From the human T2T-CHM13v2.0 reference genome, Homo sapiens: a stretch of 64,000 nucleotides of DNA. The number at the start of each line of letters is the position of its first letter. The stretch's first letter is position 1. The stretch lies in NCBI RefSeq assembly GCF_009914755.1, contig NC_060928.1, one strand, 5' to 3'. The position numbers and the translations under genes are program-made. Positions 56,381-64,000 of the stretch are shown in pieces. The notes below the pieces were generated by a model. It made no database searches and had not been told where the DNA came from. It saw only the letters and a program-made list of their open reading frames with translations.

Positions 56381-57570
56381 GTGAAGGAGGCGGTAAGCAA
56401 ATAAATACATTACCAAAAGGAACATAGCAAAGGTTCTTAGGTATGGTATGGTCAGAAAGAACACTCTCATAAGTCAGGCGAAGTCATACATAGGCAGCAG
56501 GTATACACAGAAGCCTTGGGTCTACAGTGAGTTAGTTCTCCAAGGTTCAGTACAACTGCCCAGGGCAGATGGAGTCTCATCACCATGTGCTCCATGTAAC
56601 TCTGCTGCTGAGGGACTCCAAAAGCACTTTGCTCTGGGTTTTATACCCTAGTCCCCAGCTGAGTCACTGTGCTGAAGCACTGTAGAACATCATATGCTGG
56701 GAGAAATGAGGACACAAACTGGGCTGTATCACATATTTCCTCTTTATCTCAGAATGTTCCTCTTGGAATGTCTGATAATTGTAACCAAGGAGGAGAAGAA
56801 CTGGGTCAGCAAAGGCCATCTGGACACCTGTCCTTCTGCAAATCATTAAGGCCCATGCTTCTAGAAAGGGGACAGTGAAACAACATTTATTTGAAATATC
56901 ATGAATGATAGAAATAACTGGTTATTCTTATTTTTGTTATACTTTATTCAAATATTTTTCAAATGTTTCTTGATAGATAAATAAGGTATCATCCCCCAAG
57001 TCTTTTCATAAACTTAGAATTTGGAATCATGTCTCTATGTTTTTTTGGTTTAATAGTTCTCTCTTATTTGTATTTTTGACAGCTTCTTTTGCACAATTAT
57101 ATTTCACTTCACTGTACGTTCTGAAGTAGAAAAGTACATTTAGATACATAATACAGTATGACAAGAATAATCCTTAAACACGTATTAGCCATGAATTACT
57201 ATAAGTGATATGGACTAAATAGCTTAACCTATCATTATAGAACACAATTATTGGAGATCGACAATGGGTTTCAATTTGCATATATTTCTGGTCAATTGTT
57301 TAAAGCTGCCTTATATTCTTTTGGGAAGAGAGAAGGTGAAACAATATGAGATAATTAGCAAGGAAAATAATCATGTTAATTATTAATGTCAACCAGCGAA
57401 TGAGAAAAAGGTGATATGGCAGGTCCATCACATAGATACCCTCATGATATTGTGCAATTATTTAGTAGAAAAATAAAAATGAAAGTGAATGGCCCTAAGT
57501 AGCTAGCACAAAAGAGGTAGATATTTGGATGAATGACACTTTGAAATACGTATATTGAAACACAAATCAT

Positions 57571-57596
57571 ACACACACACACACACACACACACAC
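57571..57596. repeat. (AC)13 microsatellite
   Basis: Directly visible. Confidence 0.95.
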
Positions 57597-57875
57597 GTAA
57601 TACGTGATCATTAATCTATGACATTGTAGTATTAGGGTAGTAACTCTATTAAGATTTAATTAAAAAATTAGTAATTCTTCCAAATCTGATATTATAAGTG
57701 GGCTAAAAATGTAATCATAATGTATTTTGAATGTTTCACTTCTAAGCACAAATAGAAATAATCTAATGAATTTCCATGTAAATATAATATTAGTTATATT
57801 GAAATAATTAAGAATGCAGAAAGAATATAAATTTAGTGAAACATTTTCCCTTCCCAGGAAAATCTAGCTGCATAA

Positions 57876-58236
<361 letters not shown>

Positions 58237-60149
58237 TTACAGAGCCCATTTTGTTTCCAATGTTTATATAACTTCAATTGTTTTAGAAATATATTATTTT
58301 TTGAAAAAGAAATTAAAATAATCTGCTGATACTCTACATAATTGTCTCATGGTTTATGATTGTAAGTAGTACAATCAGACCTTGAAATAAATATATAATT
58401 CTTATTATTAACTGGGGGATTAAGCCTTTACTAAATATCAAAATTTTACTGTAATTAAATTTGACTGACATTTTACTAGACTTTTCACTAAGCATCATAA
58501 ACAGATAATACCATATCATGCTTGTTTTTATTTCCTCATCAATTTCCAAGCATCGGGTATATTGCCTAGAAAATAGTTGGCATGTGAAAAAATTTTTTTC
58601 AAAGGATGTCTCACAGAATGACAAATGGAGAATTATACATACAAGAAATGATGTTTTAAAATACAATGTAAGCATAATTCTCTCTGAAAAATAAAAATTG
58701 GGGCTATAAAACCTTAATATAAACAGCTAGTAATGGCAGAGGCAGGACTTGAATTCCATATTTTCTGTTTTCCAGGTAAAATGTACTTCATACCATGTAA
58801 TCATTTTTAAAAATAAATATATCTATAAAGAAATTAGTTATAATTGGCTATTTGTTTATAACAAGTTTATTCATGAGCAATGTAGTCTGCTACTAAAATG
58901 TATCCATTTATGTGGTTATTTATAAATTACTTACATAACAGCCCCTACCTGAATCCTCAAGAGACATGTTTGAGCCTCTAGGGGTGAAAACCGGGCAGTG
59001 ACATTTATTTGACTGGTTTTCAGTCAGTCACTCCACAAGGTGGCAGTGTAGTATTATTACAAATAATACCCCTCCTGCAATTTTTTTCTTTTTTTAAGAA
59101 TATGTTTTTTTCGTGTACGTTGGGGAATTATTTTACCTTTTCTTTTCCATGTGATATATCTTAAGGTTAAACAAATTCTGAGTAAATTTTAGATTTCATA
59201 CATTGTACAAACAAGACAAAATGAGCTTGTTTTAGGTGCCTGAATGATACAAGCTATCCAAGATTTGTTGAATATCATGTCAACATTTTGAAGAGAAATA
59301 TCTTTACTGAAAAGGGAAGGAAACCTCATGTATATATAATCATTTCTTATTGTCTTACAAAAGCACATTACGTTGAAAGGGAAGGTTCATCACAATCTAT
59401 ATTGAGTCTAACGAAGGTAGTGCTCTGAATTTAAAATTATAATTCTGGATCTTTTCATGTACGTTTTTAATTATAAAGAGGAAGAATCACTTGTATGATT
59501 GCACATATAAATTCATATTTCCCATGTATACTTCCGTTTTGAACTATAATCTTTTTAGTAAAATTCATCAGAATCTACAAATCTGTAAAAGTATCCGAAG
59601 AGTATCTCATCAACTCCTTTGTGTTCTGTAGAAGCTTTCACAAAGCTATTGTCATGCTCAAGAATTCATGATATTCAAAAGTTTCACCGTTAAGTAGAAA
59701 TAGAGATACAGAAAGAGGCATGCTATGAAGTTTTTAATACAGAAAGTCATGATTTTGGCAATGAATCTATGATACCTTATTTTGTCATCCTTCTCGTCTT
59801 GGATTAGTTGAAGTGGGAATGTGTTTGCAGTCACACATGCTGTAGGCAAGAAGGTGTTTATCGAGGAGCCACTATTTATTCCTATTTTCAGAGAGCTGTC
59901 CCCAGCCTAATGAATACATAAGATAATAAGAACAATTCTGTTACCCATTTTCATTATTTCCTTTCTTTTTTCTCTAAATGTTTTTTTTACTGTAATCACT
60001 TATGGTCTACTAAAAAAAGGGCTTCTTAAAATTCAAAATATTATGGTCTTCTTAATTGGGTTCTATCTTCCCAGCACTATTTCACTTTTTTTGTGGTAAC
60101 AGATACTTCTCCATCCTTTTAAAGAAATATTTTCTTCCCCACTTAAACC

Positions 60150-60571
60150 ATATTATGAGGGAGTTCCAGTCCGGTGCTTTGATAATTTATGGAGCTGGAC
60201 CTGTAGCCTAGACCCGGTCAACCATATTTCCCTATGCCTCTAAGCAGAACAATTAAGAGTAGACTTATGACTCAATCCAGGCCAATCACAATCCTTCCTT
60301 AGAATGTAATCTATTAGAACTTGGAGAGAGAAAGAAAGAAAACTGCAGTGGGAAAGGATTTAGCCAAGGAGAGAAAAATTGACGAGGGGGGCAGTATGCT
60401 GATGGTATTTAATCTGCAGTTTCAGTCACTGAAGTCCCTGCAGATGATACCTGCTTATCTTCTGTTAATTCTGTGATTTCATATAGGATCTTTCCTATAA
60501 ACACCATTTTCTGCTTCAGTTAGTTTATTTGGGTTCCTGCCATTTGCAACCAGACAAATTCTGACTAGACA
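60150..60571 (+). mobile_element. Old MLT1 (J/K/L-like) LTR
   Basis: TGACTCAATCCAGGCCAATCA and the end TTGGGTTCCTGCCATTTGCAACCAGACAAATTCTGACTAGACA. Confidence 0.55.
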
Positions 60572-60906
60572 ACTGTTTTGCAAGATCTGCAAGTGATATT
60601 TTTAAAAGTAATTTTATTGATCATCTGGCAAAATACAGGTAAGTAAATCACAAGAAGTAGGACATATTGTAAAATATATGATAATCATGTTTTAAGCCCT
60701 TTATAAATATCAGATTTGGACGAAGAATTACAACTCAAAGAAAAGTATGTTACAAAATAAATAAATATGTTGAGCTGTAATTGAGCTATAATTTTAATTC
60801 AATAAATGTTTTTGTTTTCTTAATAAAAATTTTAATACCACACCCAACTCTCCCAACTTCATATTCCTCACCATCACAGCTAAGCATTGGAAAAAGAAAA
60901 AAATTA

Positions 60907-61205
60907 GGCTGGGTGCGGTGGCTCATGCCTGTAATCCCAGCACTTTGGGAGTTCGAGGTGGGCGAATCACTTGTTGGTCAGCCTGGCCAACGTGGTGAAA
61001 CCCTGTCTCTACTAAAAACACAAAAATTAGCCAGTCGTGGTGGCATGCACCTGTAATCCCAGCTGTTTGGGAGGCTGAGGCAGGAAAATCGTCTGAACAC
61101 AGGAGGAGGAGGTTGCAGTGAGCCAAGATTGAGCCACTGCACTCCAGCCTGGGCAACAGAGCAAGATTCCATCTCAAAATAATATAATAATAATAATAAT
61201 AATAA
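60907..61205 (+). mobile_element. Alu (AluS) with B-box region deletion and (AAT)n tail
   Basis: GAATCACTTG-TTGGT-CAGCCTGGCC replaces AGGTCAGGAGTTCGAGAC. Confidence 0.93.
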
Positions 61206-64000
61206 TTAGTCAATGAGGCAGAAAAGGAGTCAAAGGAAGAAGAAGGTTCAAAGGTGGGGGTTGTAAAATAAAAATCAGAAGCCTGAAGGAAATGATCATT
61301 AGAGAAGCAGAGAAATGTCAGGTTGTGTTCATGGAGTTGAGAATAGTGAAGTCAATATCTGTATGTCAGAACAAGATGCATTAAGAATCCACTGAAGAAC
61401 ATAAGAAATGGCACTGCGGAAAGAATTCAAAGTTGAGAACCAGTAAAAATAAAAGAATTATGGAAATATGGGAGTTTAATAAAGAAATCTGGGTATTATA
61501 ACTTTATTATGGATGATGTCTATTTTGGCTAAGGTACATTTTAGTTTATCATTCTTCATTTTTGCTTTTATTTTGTTGCATTAATTGTTTTGTTCTAACT
61601 TATTTTTAAGAATTACAGTGCATCTGCCTGATTACATTTGAGGATTATCTTGAAGTGTCACCAACTAAATGAGCAAGTGTACTTAAAAAGAAAAGAAAAA
61701 CAAGATTTAGATCTTGATAATTTTGTGGTACAAGGTAACTATATGGTGTGTCTTACATTTAAACTTTTGATAATTGTATGTAAAGTTAGTTTAAAGTAAA
61801 CTATATTAAAGAACATGGCAAATGTAATTAAATGAACATTTTGAATAATGGAGAGCAATAAAGAGTACTTGTATATTTTGAATCAGAGAGTTGGTGCTAT
61901 TGATAAGGAAAAAAATCAATGAATGTGCTATGGTTATTGATTTTTCAAGAGAAACTGGTTCAGAAAAAAATAATGTCAGAGAAAAAGGACAAAATTTTCA
62001 TCAAAGGGTAGCATTGTACAAGTGTTCAATTCTACATTATCAGTGCTTACTGCCAATTGAGAAAAAGCAATGAGATAAAAATTCCATCAAACTATGAAAG
62101 ATTAATTTTGTCACCTGTGTGAAAGATAAACATTTTAAAGCCATATTGATGGACATTTATAATGAGGTAAAAACAATTCTTGAACTTTTCCCCCCAATTT
62201 ATTCTCCATATTTTCATTAAACAAACTTATTAAGTCAGAAAACCTAGTTGATTGCTGCCTGATATATGTCCTACATAATGAATTTCAATTATAATTATTC
62301 GGAAGACCTCAATTCTGAATTAGTGTGCTTTTTTTTTTTTTTAACTTTCAGTGCAAACCTTTAACATCGTGTTTCCCATTCTTTATATTCTCTTTAATGA
62401 GTATGAATGACAGTGATGTTTCTTGATTCTATAGCATATACTTTGTTAATGTGTAATCTGGAAAAGTTCAAAGCCAAAGAGATACAAGTGTTTGCTTTGT
62501 TTTGTTTTACTAATGTAATAATTTACCTACATCAATAAAAAGATAAAGGAAAGTTAGCCTGAACTATTCACCTGATGACTTCCAGTTGAGATTTTATATA
62601 ATATCTTAAATACCACAGTGGTCACATAAGCATACAATATTATACATGTGTACTTCTGAAGTTATTTTTCTAACATAATACTATGATATGGCATATTGTA
62701 TATTAAATAGAATAATTATTGTCTAAGAAAATACATGTAGTTAATTGTTTCTTTTCTCTAAACTATATTTTTCTCAACAAATTATGTTACAGGCTAATAT
62801 ATGATTAAATTGTCACAGATTAGAAAATATTGAAGTTGGTACTAATAAGGTTTATTACAGGTACCCTATCAGAGAATCTAAAAAAAAGTGATACAATTTA
62901 ATTTCCCAAACTCTCCCCCTTCTCTGTGTTAAAAATTAACATATTCATATATTCAAAACACATCCAGTGAGTTTCCTTTATATGAACTCAAACACTATTA
63001 GCGACCTCAATAGTTTGATGCAGACACATCTGTTGAAACCATATATAATGAAGCTCATGGCAATCCCAATGGAGCCATAAACAGATATGCTATTCAATAA
63101 CTATTTCAAGTTCATTTATTTAAAAAGTCATAGAACTTTATTTTAGCTCTGTGATTTCAGTGAGAGCCATAGAACTCAATGGCTATATGCTGTTCTAGGG
63201 CTTTGACTACTAAATGTTGTGTTGCAGATTCTGAAGGGTATTTCTAGGAGTAACCAGAAGAGAGCATCCATATCTCAGAGACACGTGGAGCTAAATTAGT
63301 AAGGCACAGAAGGTCTACCACACAGCTTAAGCCAACTCTTTCTGAGGAAATGATGATAAATTTCTTTTGATCATGCACAAATGGCTTAGGAAATGACTGG
63401 GAGGTAGTTGATATTCCAAGATTCAAGCATCTGGTATTCTAAAAAAACCAATATAACTGCGTCCTAGTTCTGCAGATTTGTTATCAAAACAATTTAGGCT
63501 AAGCACTATAGTCATATACTTATTCCAGGGCACATCAGGCTACTAATGTAATTACTGAATGGGTTCTAAGCAGAAGGAAATTAAATTAAGAAAAACTGTT
63601 TTGCATAGCAGTGATTTATGGCCTACTTTACTCCCCAACTAGTGAGAAGTGTGAAATCCAAGTTTTGCAAAATACAGTTTTAATAGTAAAATATTTGAAA
63701 AAGAATTCATAGGAGGAAAAGGAGACTCATCAAATCAAAGGAGAAGTTATAATCACATGTGAGTCTTTACAGTAGTATTTGAACAATAATGGTTCTAATC
63801 CTAGTAAATGAAAATCCATTATTTTTCAAGTGCTGCAGACTATTTCAGATTCTGCTCTGCACTGGGGTATAATTTGAACTCTGTGTATGTGCACATTATT
63901 TGTATATTAATGATGTGGTTTTTCTCTATGTCTTCATTTCTAAGTCCTGATTATTTAAACCCTACTATGCTTTCTGCCCCATAAAATTAGTCTTTGGCAC

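Noticed and set aside
60590-60645. Consensus splice donor CAG|GTAAGT (similar isolated sites near 3782, 22790, 29209 and 47631)
   Set aside because: No convincing paired acceptor or reading frame. Expected by chance in 64 kb.

Overview
This is AT-rich, CpG-poor primate (human-like) non-coding DNA, either a gene desert or a large intron. It is dominated by interspersed repeats: Alu, L1PA/L1PB/L1M, L2/MIR, MaLR (MST/THE1/MLT1), a MER61-type ERV1, an ERVL pol remnant, Tigger1/Tigger3 and MER102. I find no supportable host protein-coding gene, RNA gene or CRISPR array. The longer ORFs in the track are broken L1 ORF2, Tigger1 transposase or antisense-Alu frames. Family and subfamily names come from remembered consensus sequences, not a database search. 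I found no convincing new gene system. The most unusual signal is a set of templated, fold-back sequence scars: (1) a ~220-bp inverted copy of 18625-18841 inserted into an old MLT1 LTR ~1.7 kb away; (2) a 190-bp nested hairpin at 26268-26458; (3) a perfect 34-bp palindrome inside a larger inverted repeat at 40845-40940; (4) smaller snap-back insertions near 37.0 and 43.1 kb. Also notable are an 18/18 tRNA-Lys(CUU) primer-binding site in a decayed ERV, a well-formed 99-nt minus-strand exon candidate, and a CATG/G-rich micro-array.
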